The position numbers and the translations under genes are program-made. Shown here piece after piece: positions 26,745 to 40,323 of a stretch of 64,000 nt of DNA. Under the pieces are notes generated by a model. That model did not search any database. It had not been told where the DNA came from and saw only the letters and a program-made list of their open reading frames with translations. Positions within the stretch are counted from its first letter, which is position 1. Each line of letters begins with the position of its first letter. This DNA is from Chiloscyllium plagiosum (taxonomy: Eukaryota): positions 16,952,268 through 17,016,267 of the forward strand of contig NC_057718.1 of the NCBI RefSeq assembly GCF_004010195.1. Reading direction: 5' to 3'.

Positions 26745-29214
26745 GTAGGAGACCTTCATGGAGGAATGCCTAAGGTTCTTGCTTTTTTTATTTCCTTTTT
26801 TGTTCTAGCTTTCCATCCTGAGTACTATAAACACATTTCATTTTCCTTGTATTTTCTTGGCTATTTGATTCAATTATTTAATTAATGTTTGATGTACAAT
26901 TACATTAATTTCCTGTAATTGCATTTCAACATGAAATTTTATATCAAAATTTTGAGAAGTTGCTCAAGTGAAGTTAGAAAATTGATGGCAAAATTGAAGT
27001 GTTTATCGTATTTTGCATTAACATTGGAAGATTTGTTTTGTCTTACCCCTCACTAATTAACTTAGTTATTCATCTTACCATTTGTAAGGGCATTAGCTCC
27101 ATGTAGGACCTCATCAAGTTATGTTGGTGATTGTGTGTAATGTTTGTGTAAATTGTTTTTAATAGTAAAATATTTTACGAAACATTTTACAAAATGCTAC
27201 CAAATCTACAGATTAGAGCAATACAACCACCAAATTCTTTATTTTATAGAAGTGTTGAAATATAATATTTCTAGAAAAAGCAACATGCACTTTGTGCTGT
27301 AAATTATAGCCTCCATTCTACACATTCCCAATTCTGATGGTGCCTATTTGGGGTCTTAGGCTATTTGACCTAATGTGCACTGTGGAATGACAGGGCTTTT
27401 AATAGCTACATGAAGGAATAAGGTTGAAATTTGTCCTTGCAATCTCCCTTGCAAACCTATTCTGTAAATTCAATCTTAAACAAAATTGAAAATTTCAATC
27501 ATCTTCAAGACTGAACTGTTGTTTATTGTGTATTATTCTTTGCAACACCAAATATTTCAACCTTGTGTGGATTGTAATTGGATTTCTGCGAATAAAGTCC
27601 CAGGATTAAATACAGGAACATGCATCCTAGTGTGATTGTACTTGAGGTCACTTGATCAGAATGCAATATGGCGCTTTCCAGATGTAATCTTAGGTGTTAA
27701 AAAGGGTAAATTTTTCAAAATTGCCAAATTTATTTATACAAATGGTGTGACCAAAAATGAATTGTCACAGTGCTGTTGCTGAGACTGTTTACCACTTCTG
27801 CTAAATAAAATGATTTTGATCTGGACAAAGTACTTGATGTACACCTTAAAAATAAATCATAACTTTAAGAGTTCATTACTCACCGTATCATATTCTGGAC
27901 TTCTTGTTTTTGCATTGCTTTCCCACAGAGGATTTGTGGCAAAACATTGAATTCTCTTCAATATTGGCCATTTAAAATGGAGTCTTTCCATGGGGAACCT
28001 GTTGTAAAGCACTACAATTATATACAGCCATATTTGACACAAAGTTGTCCTCATTTAGTTTTGGTTACATTTTGCAATTTATTGTCTAAATTAGTGAAAC
28101 TTATACTGTGTAGTCATTCAACAAACAAATATTTCTAAAACGGAGTGTCTATTCACCTTTTAACACTGGAAGATTTGTTGAATTTATCCCAACTTAAGTT
28201 TGATAACCAATTTGAAAACAAAGATTTATTTTTTATATCTTTTTTGCTATGAACAATATTCTGAATGCAACTATCATCAGAACTTAAATCAGGGGGAGGG
28301 GGTCCTTTTTTCTCATGGTGGTGGCAGTGATAAGTGGACAACATTGAATTTAATTTTTAGGAGAAAATTGAAATGTTCCACTTGCCCTCTGTTGACATAC
28401 CATGAAGATGATGTTGCTTTACCTTAGTGAGTCTGTCTGATTGCAGTGAAGGTGATGTTACTTGCAACTGTTGTTTCAAAGTTTCACATGTTAATCTGGG
28501 CCACAGATTTTTGCCCAAGAAAGCTTTGAAAAAAATTCCTTCAACATTAGCTTCTATTTTGTCACTCAACTGATTCCATGTGTATGTTGTAACTATTGTC
28601 CCCTTTATACCATAAGCAATAATTTTGCAAGCCTCTTGTCTGACACTGTATCAAATGCCCTTTGAAAGTCCTTTTAAACCACATCAACAGCGTTGCCCTC
28701 AATAATCCTCCCTGTTAAATCCTCAAAACATTAACAATCACTATGACTGAAAATAAATCTGAAATGGAAAAAAATAGTTGAAAATGAGGAAAATTGTCAA
28801 TCAATTGTCTATTAGTTTAGCCCTTTTCTCATTTTATTTCTTGTTCTCCTGCCTTATCCACTGGCATTCCCCCTTCCCCTCTCTCCCTTCCTTCTTCATC
28901 CTCCTGCAGTGTTGTTCTCCACCTTTTTCCTTTTGTCCATTTATATACTTATCCTTTTCCATGTTCTGTTTCTCCTTTCCTACTTTGACTATCTGCCCTT
29001 CTCTTTTCTCTCCCTCTCCAGAACAGAAGGTTACTTGCAACTGTTGTTTCAAAGTTTCACATGTTTCCCTTGTTTCTCTAACTGGAATATTCAGGAGCAG
29101 CAGATGTTGTGTCCACAGTACAGTATTCCCAGCCGATTCAGTCTCTCCCTATATCTCAAATCCTCCAATCTTGGCAGTACTCTTTGTAAATCTTTCCTGA
29201 ACCCATTTAAGTTT

Positions 29215-30520
29215 CACATTATTCCATAGGAAGGAGACCAGAATTGAACGCAATATTCCAAAAGTGGCCTAACCAATGACCTGTACAACCGCAACATGAC
29301 CTCCCAACCACTGTACTCAATACTCTGACCAATAAAGGAAAGCATACCAAACGCCTTCTTCACTACCCTATCTACCTGCGACTCTACTTTCAAGGAGCTA
29401 TGAACCTGTACTCCAAGGTCTCTTTGTTTAGCAACACTCCTCAAGATCTTACCATTAAGTATATAAGTCCTGCTAAGATTTGCGTTCCCAAAATGCAGCA
29501 CCTCATTTATCTAAACTAAACTCCATTTGCCACTCCTCAGTCTATTGGCCCTTCTGATGAAGATCCCGTTGTAACCTGAGGCAACCTTTGCTGTCCGCTA
29601 CATCTCCAATTTTGGTATCATCTGCAAACTTACTTACCATACCTCTTACGCTCACATCCAAATCATCATTTATGTAAATGACAAAAGGTAGAGGGCCCAG
29701 CACCGATCCTTGTGGCACTCCACTGGTCACAGGCCTCCAGTCTGAAAAACAGCCCTCCACTACCACCCTCTGTCTTCTACCTTTTGAGCCAGTTCTGTAT
29801 TCAAATGGCTAGTTCTCCCTGTATTCCATGAAATCTAAGCTTGCTAACCCGTCTCCCATGGGGAACCTTGTCGAACGCCTTACTGAAGTCCTTGTAGATC
29901 ACATCTGCCGCTCTGCTCTCATCAATCCTCTTTGTTACTTCATTAAAAACTGAATCAAGTTTGTGAGACATGATTTCCCACGCACAAAGCCATGTTGACT
30001 ATCCCTAATCAGTCCTTGCCTTTCCAAATACATGTAAATCCTGTCCCTCCGGATTCCCTTCAACAACTTGCCCACCACCAGCGTCAGGCTCACCGGTCTG
30101 TAGTTCCCTAACTTGTGCTTACCACCCTTCTTACACACCCATGTTAGCCAACCTTCAGTCTTCTGGCACCTCTCCTGTGACTATCACTGATACAAATATC
30201 TCAGCAAGGGGCCCAGCAATCATCTCCCTAGCTTCCCACAGAGTTCTAGGGTACACCTGATCGGGTCCTAGAGATTTATCCACTTTTTTACGTTTCAAGT
30301 CATCCCAGCACTTCCTCCTCTGTAATACGGACAGTTTTCAAGATGTTGCCATCTATTTCCCTACATTGTATATCTACCATGTCCTTTTCTTTGGTAAACA
30401 CTGATGCAAAATACTCGTTTAGTATCTCCCCCATCTCCTGTGGCTCCACGCAAAGGCCACTTTGCTGATCTTTAAGTTGCCCTATTCTTTCCCTAGTTAC
30501 CGTTTTGTCCTTAATGTATT
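29215..30520 (-). mobile_element. CR1 LINE ORF2 fragment, relatively young
   Basis: Minus-strand ORFs with [45 protein letters not shown] and LVRPLLEYCVQFWSP. Confidence 0.93.
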
Positions 30521-31016
30521 TGTAAAACAGCATATAAAACAATAATTGCAGCTCCTGGAATTTAAAAAAAAAAAATCACTTCCAACACCCAAAATACCTC
30601 AAAAATATAAGGCACAGCCTGTTACAGCCAGATGTTTTTCCCATCCTCCATCTTGGATGATTCAGTCCTGGAGATTTATCCTCCTTTTATATTTTCTAAG
30701 ATTTCCAGCACTTCTCTTCTGGAATGTGAACTGTATTTTTTTTAAAACATTCATATTTATTTTCAGAGTTCTCCTAGCCTATATTTCTTTCTCCACAGTA
30801 AAAACTGACACTGAATTCTGTCTGGAAACAATGTTCTCTTCATATTTCTAGATTCAAACAACTATCATTGAAGTTTTTACATGAAAACTCCATCCCATGC
30901 CCCCCTTAACTTCACTCACTGCATTTCCAGCCCCCACCTGCCAGGAATTGTCCCATTGCGCAACCCACCACTTCATCCGTAGCTGTATAAGAAATCAAGT
31001 ACATCTGAAAATAATC

Positions 31017-31222
31017 TTAAAAATCACACAACGTCCGGTTATGGTCCAACAGGTTTAATTGGAAGCACACTAGCTTTCAGAGATTCGCTCCTTCATCAGC
31101 TGATCACCTGATAAGGAGGAGCGCTCCGAAAACCAGTGCTTCCAATTAAACCTGTTGGACTATAACATGGTGTGTGATTTTTAACTTTGTACACCCAGTC
31201 CAACGCCGGCATCTCCAAATCA
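31017..31222. mobile_element. Second-family fold-back element with hammerhead-like cores (Penelope-derived)
   Basis: Palindrome centred at about 31100; minus-strand core CTGATGAAGGAGCGAATCTCTGAAAGCTA; sister copy at 55005-55215. Confidence 0.75.
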
Positions 31223-31829
31223 TGAAAATAATCTGGTAGCTTTAAAGAACTAATACTGCAAGCTAAACAATAAGATCATATTTGGAGGAAATTTTCTCAC
31301 TGTAACCCATCTGATCAGTCAGGTTGCAAAGTTTCAATTGCAGTCACTTTCAGCAAAACATATACTGAAACTAACCGTGTTCAGGTTTATTTGCTGCTGG
31401 TTTTACCCAGGGAAGTTACTCAGGATCTTGCTAAGATCAGCAAGTCAGATTAAATCTAGCATTGGGCTACATTCAGCTTGCAGGTTGAAGGTTCTCAGCC
31501 AGGTTTCGCTGCTGACATTAACTGAAAGGTTTGAAGGACCAAGAGATGATCTAACTGTCCATGCTATTAAAGTAAAAGTTGGTGTAATTATTTCAAAAGA
31601 GAGTTAAGACTTCCAAAATAGGAGTGTTGTGCGCCTTTATCTCAGTCAGACTTTGTCACTAAATGTGGGACAACTGTTTCCTAAAGAAATGAGGGCTCGG
31701 GGAATATGTATTAAATCCTTCAGGTTTTTCTAGTGCAGATATAATCCACTATAAATCTACACAGTGTTTTAAACAAAACAAATAATTTTGGCCTTTTTTT
31801 GAATGACTTTTTTTATTTTTCCTGATTAG

Positions 31830-31991
31830 CTGGTTGATCGTGTTTTTGATGAAAGTTTGAACTTTAGAAAAATCCCACCAGTGCCATGTATAAAACCAAC
31901 AGCTGGAAATGGCAGACCGAGCGATTCCAGGTCTCGAATTTTTGAAGTTGCTGATCAGGCTACAAGGAGGAAGACTTGGAGTAGGGATGAA
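31830..31991 (+). CDS. CEP170: CEP170 exon ([17 protein letters not shown]...[10 protein letters not shown]), not in the ORF track
   Basis: Polypyrimidine tract plus ttAG acceptor; 54 open codons; donor GAA|GTAAGA. Confidence 0.95.
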
Positions 31992-33328
31992 GTAAGAATT
32001 GCTTTTTAATGAAGAAACGTGGTCTTTGCATCACAGAGAGGTAGAAACAGAAATGGGCTGTACACCTGTGTAAGTGCTGTCTCCCATAGTGTTAACTTTT
32101 TTAAACCCACCTTTTCCTAATATCTTAATGTGGTTTTATATTGAAGATTAGTGATCACCATGTTAAGGTTTCAATTGACACAGTATCCACAGTCTTTTGG
32201 CAGAGTTCTGGATTTCCTCAATGCTTTATGCAAGATGAAAATGCCTCCTAATCCCTTCAGATAGACAAAAAAAATTGCTGTGTTCCATTTATTCTTCTCG
32301 CCCTCTTTCCCCTTGCCTAAGGTGTGTGATGACCCCCCCCCCCGCGGTTAAGCCACCACTTCTTCAGTCTATCTCATGAGCGATCAACCCTGTGGTCCTC
32401 TGGGACTACAGTCACTTCACCATTTTTATATCTCATCCCAGCTGAAACTCTTAAACATCCTATGTCACTTCCAGAATTGGCCACTAACCTGTTCTAGTTG
32501 AGCCTCCACCCTCTGCTAACTTAAACAGATCCATTATTTTAACCACCCAAGCCCTATCCAGCACTTGGTCCGACTCAGCATTCTCCTAATTTCATGCTGT
32601 CTTACGCGGGTTCCTGACTATTTCAGCTCCTCTATTTTAAAATTCTTCTTGTATTTAAATTTCTTCTTAATCTCAGTCCTTTATAACCTGTAACTTTGCC
32701 ATTTCTCTGACCCTCCTTTTTCCCTTCCACTGGCAACTGTGTCTTCAGGTAACTAAAAAGTGTGTTCTGAAATTTGTTTCCGTCTCCCTCTTGTACCGGA
32801 GGCCCACTTAGAACATATCGGATTGTTCCAGTTATTGGTCATTACAGCTATTATTTCTTCCACTGACTTGGCATTCATTTTTGGCTGAACCTCAGTTTAA
32901 TACTTTGCAAAGTACCTTTGGCACTCTAGAGGTGCTATATATTTGCAAATCAGTGTTTTAGAGTCTGAGTTATTAGTTCTAGATTTTAAGATTGTAATAT
33001 GCTAAACTATTTGCATTTACTGTTACGCCTTAAAGATTAGCTGTAACTTCTGGAATATGCATGTGCAAATAAGTAAACATAGAAATCTAGAATTTGCTGT
33101 CAGTTTGAAATCTTTGCAGACTGCATCCATTAAAAAATCATTGAATTGATTAAAACTTTGATTATTAAGCTATTAGGCACTCTGCAAAAATGATAAATTT
33201 GCACATTTTAAATGTTTTAAAAGTTTCGATATTTTCACCTTAATCCTACATACAAGTCTCAACCTTCATTGTCCTCCCTAAATTAACATTAGAAAAGGAA
33301 GGAGTAATCAATGCTTTTAATATTGATT

Positions 33329-33828
33329 NNNNNNNNNNNNNNNNNNNNNNNNNNNNNNNNNNNNNNNNNNNNNNNNNNNNNNNNNNNNNNNNNNNNNNNN
33401 NNNNNNNNNNNNNNNNNNNNNNNNNNNNNNNNNNNNNNNNNNNNNNNNNNNNNNNNNNNNNNNNNNNNNNNNNNNNNNNNNNNNNNNNNNNNNNNNNNNN
33501 NNNNNNNNNNNNNNNNNNNNNNNNNNNNNNNNNNNNNNNNNNNNNNNNNNNNNNNNNNNNNNNNNNNNNNNNNNNNNNNNNNNNNNNNNNNNNNNNNNNN
33601 NNNNNNNNNNNNNNNNNNNNNNNNNNNNNNNNNNNNNNNNNNNNNNNNNNNNNNNNNNNNNNNNNNNNNNNNNNNNNNNNNNNNNNNNNNNNNNNNNNNN
33701 NNNNNNNNNNNNNNNNNNNNNNNNNNNNNNNNNNNNNNNNNNNNNNNNNNNNNNNNNNNNNNNNNNNNNNNNNNNNNNNNNNNNNNNNNNNNNNNNNNNN
33801 NNNNNNNNNNNNNNNNNNNNNNNNNNNN
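33329..33828. other. Assembly gap (500 N)
   Basis: Run of N. Confidence 1.
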
Positions 33829-36220
33829 CTCTCTCTCTCATGTGCTCTGTCCATATACGATGCTGCTGGAGCTTGAGCAGGGTTTCAGTGGTCGCTCTTC
33901 TGCCCTAGACTCTAAGAGGTGGACACTGATGTTCCTGTGCCTGGCTGAAGGCTCGCAGCAGGAAAGTTGAATGGAAGGTGAGGCGGTGGCTAGTGTGGTG
34001 GCTTCCAGTAAACACGCAATGACAGAAGGGTTGATTTACATGGAAACTCTATCTGGCCACGTATATATCTCTTGAGTAACTGATAAAAGCCTACCCATGA
34101 TATCCCATGAACTGTGCACAGGTTGGATGCACAGCCTGGTACTGATTCCCTGTCGGGTAAAAGCAAATGTATGTACAAAAGTCTCTCAGTTGCTTGCTTC
34201 ATAATTTTCTTCTTCATCTCACCTCAGCTGCAATTGTTCTAACTTCCCTTCCTACCTGCTCCTAGGGAAGCTGAAAGGAGGCAGGAGTGCGTTGGGTTGC
34301 AAGCATGACAGAATTTTGCAGTTTTTATATGTCCTCCTCTGTCCATGCCAGCCTGAAAAACTTACCCATATAGTATTTATAAATAGGAACTAATTTATAT
34401 GGTCAAAAGAATCTTTTTTTTTAAGTTGATTCACATATTCTTCAGAGATTTGAACCTACCACCATTGCATGCTGCAGCTTGCATATAATCAGTGTGTCAC
34501 AAGTGGTTTGGTAAACGTTATTGCCAAGTTCAGAGAGTGATGAATTGGCAATGACCTGACCATTACATTCTGGCACAGCTTTGGTGGTCTCAGCCCAATT
34601 GCACTCAGGAAATCCTCCTCACCACTGATCCAAAAATGAGTGCTGACAGTCTTGTGATGATTTTTCCCTTGGAATCACTGCTAGCCAACATTTCAGATTC
34701 CTCCATCTGCATCTTTGGCTACTTTTTGGCCGACTAACATGGTAAATCCAAAAAAGGGAACACTATCCATTCATGTGGGTTCTACGTGTACTCAACTTGG
34801 CTGTGAATCTCATGAAATGACTTGACTTCTTCTCAGACAAAATCGTCCTCAAATGACCAAGCAGTACTGCTCAAGACTTATATCACATGGAGGAAGGCAT
34901 AAAAAGGGACGCATTGGTACATCACTAAATGAGCTGACCTGACTTTTGCTTTAAATATAAGTTGCTTTCAAGGAAAGAAAGTATTCAGTTTATTTAGATT
35001 ACTGTATTGAAAGACAGCCAAGCTCGGACTAGCAGGATTGATTTTCACGTCAATCCTAACAGTTCAACACCATCTTCTATTTGCACAGTCATAAATCTAC
35101 TACTGAGGGAATATGAACCAGTGAAGCATTATGTCATTATTTGTAAAATGCAGTGAAATAAATCTATTGGAACAAAGCAATATTTGCCTATTTAAAAACT
35201 AGTATTTTTGCAACCATCTACAGTTTTTGTTTTTCATTTTATGCTGAGACTCCTGTCTAACATGAGAGATTCTGATTTTTCTCTACTAATGCTATCTTGT
35301 TAGGGTGTGCCATATTGTAATTAAAGGTGCAGGCTTCATGCCTGCCTGACTGTCCCTCAGCCAGTTATCAGAACTCAATCTGTCCTTTATTCTTTCAAGC
35401 GAGCTTAATTCAGGCCTCTGGTTACCCTGGCTGTTTGATTACCTGGTGGCTTAGCTCTGAACTTAAACCTACAACTTCAGTCCACCGTAAACTTAATAAG
35501 ACTACAATGCAAAAGTTTGTGCAGCTTTCCATAACTTGAGAATCGAGCAAAGATCACACAAGTACTTGATTTTCTGGTGGTTAAGTGTGAGTTGCAGATG
35601 ATGCAGTGTCTATTAATTGAAGCTGTAAACCATTTCACGTCAATAACTTACACTTTGTAGTGCCTTTAATGTAGTGAAAAACCCCATGATGTCTTGGAGC
35701 GTCAATGATGATTAATTTTAAAACCTTAGATTTAAAATAAAATCAGTACAGACTAAGCAGAGTTAACTTTGGACAATCCTAGGTCCTTTTTCCTAATATA
35801 ACATCTATGGTTCATATTATTCTGAGAGTGCAACAGGGCAGATATTCTGACGATTATGCACCCCAGCAGTGACACCAATGAACTTTGCAATGTAACTTTC
35901 AGCATATAATATTTAATGAAGTTATTAGATATCTGTATTTGTAATCACTAAAAAGGAAATTTATAACATTGCAAGTAGTATAGTTATCCAAGGCATCTGC
36001 CAAAAAAATGTATTCCAGGAGCAATAGTACTCTTCTGGCCTAATGGGGCATTCAACTAAAGGGTACAAAAAAGTTTTTTTCATTTAGCAAACTAGCACCA
36101 CTAAACCACCTAATTAAGTTTATAAATTCAATGATCTTTTCCTCCTATTCAAAATTGTATATAAATAAATAACATTTAATGTACAGGTGTTCTCCGAAAA
36201 CACTCATTTATTATCTGTAA

Positions 36221-38923
36221 TTATCTACCATGAGAATTTACCGCTGCTATACTAACTGCGGTGTACATACCACCACAAGCAAAGGTTGAGGATGCTTTGG
36301 ATGTGCTGTACTCCACCACTAACACCCTGGAGACACAACACCCCGAGGCCCTGTTTATTGTGACTGGCTTGATTGAAGTTGCCAATCTAAGGAAGGTGTT
36401 GCCCAAGTACCACCGGAACATTACCTGCCCCACCAGGGGCCCGAACATTTTATATCACTACTATACCACTGTGAAGGATGTCCACAGCTCCATTCCCCGC
36501 CCTCATTTCAGGAACTCTGACCGCAATGCTAAGCTTCTTCTCCCGACTTACAGGCAAAAGTTCAAGCAGAGACCCCCTTGCGGATACAGGTCCAGTGCTG
36601 GTCAGAGAAGGCAGAGAATCAACTCCAGTGCTGTCTGGAATCAGCTGATTGGGCCATGTTCAAACATCCACAGGTACCTTGGACGAATACACCACCACCG
36701 TCACGGACTTTAAGTCAAACTGGGTGTTCCCCAACAGGAAACCGTGGATGAACCAGGACATACAGAACCTGCTAAATATCAGGCGTGAGGCCTTCAGATC
36801 AGGAGACCCACTCAAATATAAGGAATCCAAGTATGACTTTCATAGAACCATTAAGACAGCCAAGGGCTAATACGAATCTAAACCAGACACCCAGAAACTC
36901 TGGCAAGAACTGAATGACATCATAGGTTCTAAAAAGAGACTCTGCAAGATAGCTGACGATGACCTATCTCTCCCAGATCGTCTCAATTCCGTCTATGCTC
37001 GCTTTGAGCAGAATTTTGGCGAAGAGGTAACACCTATTTCGACAAATCCTGACGAATCTATCCTAACAGTCATTGCATCAGAGGTCGGATCAGTTTTCCT
37101 TCGTGTGAATCCAAGGAAAGCAATGGGACCAGATAGAGTACCAGGCCTAGCACTCAGAGCATGCGCAGATCAACTGGTAGAGGTCTTCTCAGACATCTTC
37201 AACCTCTCCCTGCAGCAGGCCACTGTTCTTGCATATTTCAAGAGGGCCAACATCATCCCTGCGCCTAAGAAGGCTTATGCAGCCATAACTTCGGTGGTCA
37301 TGAAGTGCTTTGAAAGGCTGGTCATGGCCTTCCCCACCTTCCCCACTACTCTTGACCCACTCCAATTTGCCTGTTGGATCAACAAATCCACATCTGATGC
37401 CATATCACTTGCCCTTCACTCCTCCCTAGAACATTTTGACAACAAGAATAGTGACGTAAGAATCCTACTCATTGACTGCAGTTCAGCCTTCAACACTATT
37501 ATCCCCTTGAGACTGATTGATTACTAAACTTGGGGTTCTCGGACTAAGCCACACTCTCTGCATCTGGATCCTCAGTTTCCTGACCCACAGGCCGCAATCA
37601 GTGAAGATTGAGGACAATATTTCATCCTCACTAACACTCAACACTGGAGCCTCCAAAGGTGCATATTCCGCCCCCTACTGTACTCACTGTATACCCATGA
37701 CTGCATTGCCAAATACCAGACTAATTCCATTTACAAATTAATTGATAAATGCCATTTACAAATTCACGGATGACACCCCCCTTGTCGGTCGAATCTCAGA
37801 TGGCGACGAACAGACTACAGACGGGAGGTGGAAGACCTGGAAAAATGGTGCACTGAGAACAACCTAGCTCTCAATGCCAGCAAAACCAAGGAACTCATTA
37901 TTGACTTTCGGCGGGATGTTACTCATGTCCCCCTACAGGACAGCGCTGGAACAAGTGGAGAGTGTCAAGCTCCTTGGAGTGGTCATCCACAACAGGCTTT
38001 CTTGGATTTTTCATGTGGATGCACTGGTTACAAAGGCCCAACAACGTCTCTTCTTCCTCAGGCAGCTGAGGAAATTTGACATGTTGGAAAATACTCTTGC
38101 CAACTTTTATAGGTGTGCCATTGAGAGCATTCTGTCTGGATATATCACTACCTGGTATGGAACTGTATCATTCAAGATCGGAGACGGTTACAGAGAATGG
38201 TGCACTCGGCCCGGACACTCTCAAAGGCCAACCTCCTATCTATAGAATCCATCTACCAAGCCCTCTGTCAAGGAAAGACCGCCAGCATTCTCAAAGATCC
38301 ATCCCACCCTGGCAATGTTTTTCTACAACCTCTACCATCAGGGAGAAGGTACAGAACCCTGAATATATGCACCAGCTGGTTTTGTTACAGTTTCTACCCT
38401 ACTGTTGTTAGAATACTGAGTGGACTCTCAAACTCTTAACATTCGCCTGTAGCTGTGTTTTTGTTTTTGTCACTGTTTACCTGTTATTTACTGGGGTGGC
38501 ACAGGGGCTCAGTGGTTAGCACTGCAGCCTCACAGCACCAGGGACCCAGGTTCGATTCCATCCTCGGGGTGATTGTCTGTGTGGAGTTTGCACATTCTCC
38601 CCGTGTCTGCGTGGGTTTCCTCCGGGTGCTCCAGTTTCCTCCCACAGTCTAAAGATGAGCAGGTTAGGTGGATTGGCCATGCTAAATTGCCCATAGTGTT
38701 AGCTGTATTAGTCAGAGGGAAATGGGTCTGGGTGGGTTACTCTTCGGAGGGTCGGTGTGAACTTGTTGAGCCAAAGGGCCTGTTTTCCACAATGTAGGAA
38801 ATCTAATCTAATCTAAATTCTATTATCTATGCTACTTAACTATGTGATCTGTCTGTATTGCTCGCAAGACAAAGCTTTTCACTGTGCCTCAGTACACATG
38901 ACAGTAAATTCAATTCAATTCAA
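36221..38923 (+). mobile_element. Rex1/Babar-clade LINE, 5'-truncated and frameshifted (APE end plus RT)
   Basis: VYIPPQA, TRGPNIL, KPWMN, RKAMGPD, TSVVMKCFERLV, LDPLQFA and SSAFNTI; (CAATT)n tail. Confidence 0.9.
38493..38815 (+). repeat. HE1-type V-SINE inserted in the LINE 3' UTR
   Basis: tRNA head with A/B boxes; V-domain tgtgtggagtttgcacattctccccgtgtctgcgtgggtttcctccgggtgctcc; (AATCT)n tail. Confidence 0.9.
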
Positions 38924-40127
38924 TTTGTGAATTTCTGACCATTTTCTTTGTAAAGCGAGCTCCTGTTTGCTGTTACATGATTCCCATTCCTGGTACTAGG
39001 TGTCGTAGTGCACCGAGAACTTGACTCCACGTCAGCATCACGCGCTTTCTCATGGAGAGCTTTGTGAAAGGTATTGTGAAATGTTTGTGCTAGTGGACTT
39101 GGAAAGGCATCATGAAAATGCCTTTACAGCCTGATGACAAGAAGCTGTGAGCAATCTGTTAATTTAAAAACTTAAGAGTTGAGGTAAGAGTGAAATTTCA
39201 TTGGAATTGACCATCAGTAAAAGGACAATTGAGCAGTTTGAAACTTGGCTTTGTTGTTTGTATTAAGAGCTGCTTTTCTCTTTCTTTGAAAACATTGTTT
39301 AGATATTAAACAGTATCTGCAGACTTATGTGAATCTGTTTCAGTGACTGATCACAATGGCAACCAACTTCAAACAAATACCAGTACTGGGACTGGAACAT
39401 GGTCAGTCAGCTGCTCAGGGTGGTCAGAGTCAGGAAACTGCAGATTGTGGGGAAAGGAGAGAAAAGTGGGTGGCACGCTGTTACTTTTGATGCATGTGTG
39501 GAGATGTCCTGAGGGGTGGGTAGGCTGTGCAGAAGAGGTTCAGGGTTAGTCAGATGTTAGTGAAGATAAGAGTGAGTGGGGAAGATGTGGCAGGAAATGG
39601 TGGTAGAGTAGCAGAGAGTGAATGAGGTTTCAATGAGATGGCACCTTTCACTGGCAGAATGGAGAAGGTCATTGATCTTCCCACCTTCGGTGCATTATTT
39701 GGTTGGACTGCATTAGCCTGGAAGGTAACTCTGGTCCAGGTTGTCATGGTTTCAGTAGAATGATCTCCTCTGGCCTGGGAGAAAAGGACATCCTGCCTCT
39801 GCATCACCCCATCCCGTCAGCAGCATCTCAAGGTTCCAGCCCACAAAAAGAGGCACCAGTTTTCCCTTGTCTGCCACATCCAGGGCCAATGTCAGGAGCC
39901 ATGCAGGGCTGGTTGTGGGGGTATACTAGGCTGATAGTCTGCCCCCAGCCAAGAGCTATCCTTATAAAGATGGTGCTGCACCACAGATGTTGATCAATTC
40001 TGGGATATCCAGGAAATGGTGAGTTGTTTTGGAATGGCACATGGCACATGGTATGATGGTATGTGTGTGAGTGTGAGAGACAGACAGAGAGACACCATAA
40101 GGTGGGGTAGGTACTAAATCGGGTGAG

Positions 40128-40323
40128 GTAGGAGAAAGTGAGGACTGCAGATGCTGGAGACCAGAGTTAAAAACTGTGGTGCTGGAAAAACACAGCAGGT
40201 CAGGCAGCATCCGAGGAGCAGGAGAATCGACGTTTCGGGCATAAGCCCTTCTCGTTCCTGAAGATTCTCCTGCTCCTCGGATGCTGCCTGGCCTGCTGTG
40301 TTTTTCCAGCACCACAGTTTTCA
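40128..40323. mobile_element. Penelope-derived fold-back insertion with 15-bp TSD
   Basis: TSD actaaatc(g/t)ggtgag at 40113-40127 and 40324-40338; absent from copy B at about 49075-49095. Confidence 0.85.

Noticed and set aside
33246..33970. ORFs spanning N runs (also about 53760-54258 and 59126-59697)
   Set aside because: Artefacts of translating assembly gaps
38493..38570. tRNA gene (also 43453 and 8965)
   Set aside because: The tRNA-like heads continue into SINE bodies and tails; no complete cloverleaf
9250..40323. Recurring palindromic repeats as a CRISPR array or bacterial REP system
   Set aside because: They are dispersed, irregularly spaced, TSD-flanked and homologous to a Penelope terminus; there are no cas genes and the context is eukaryotic
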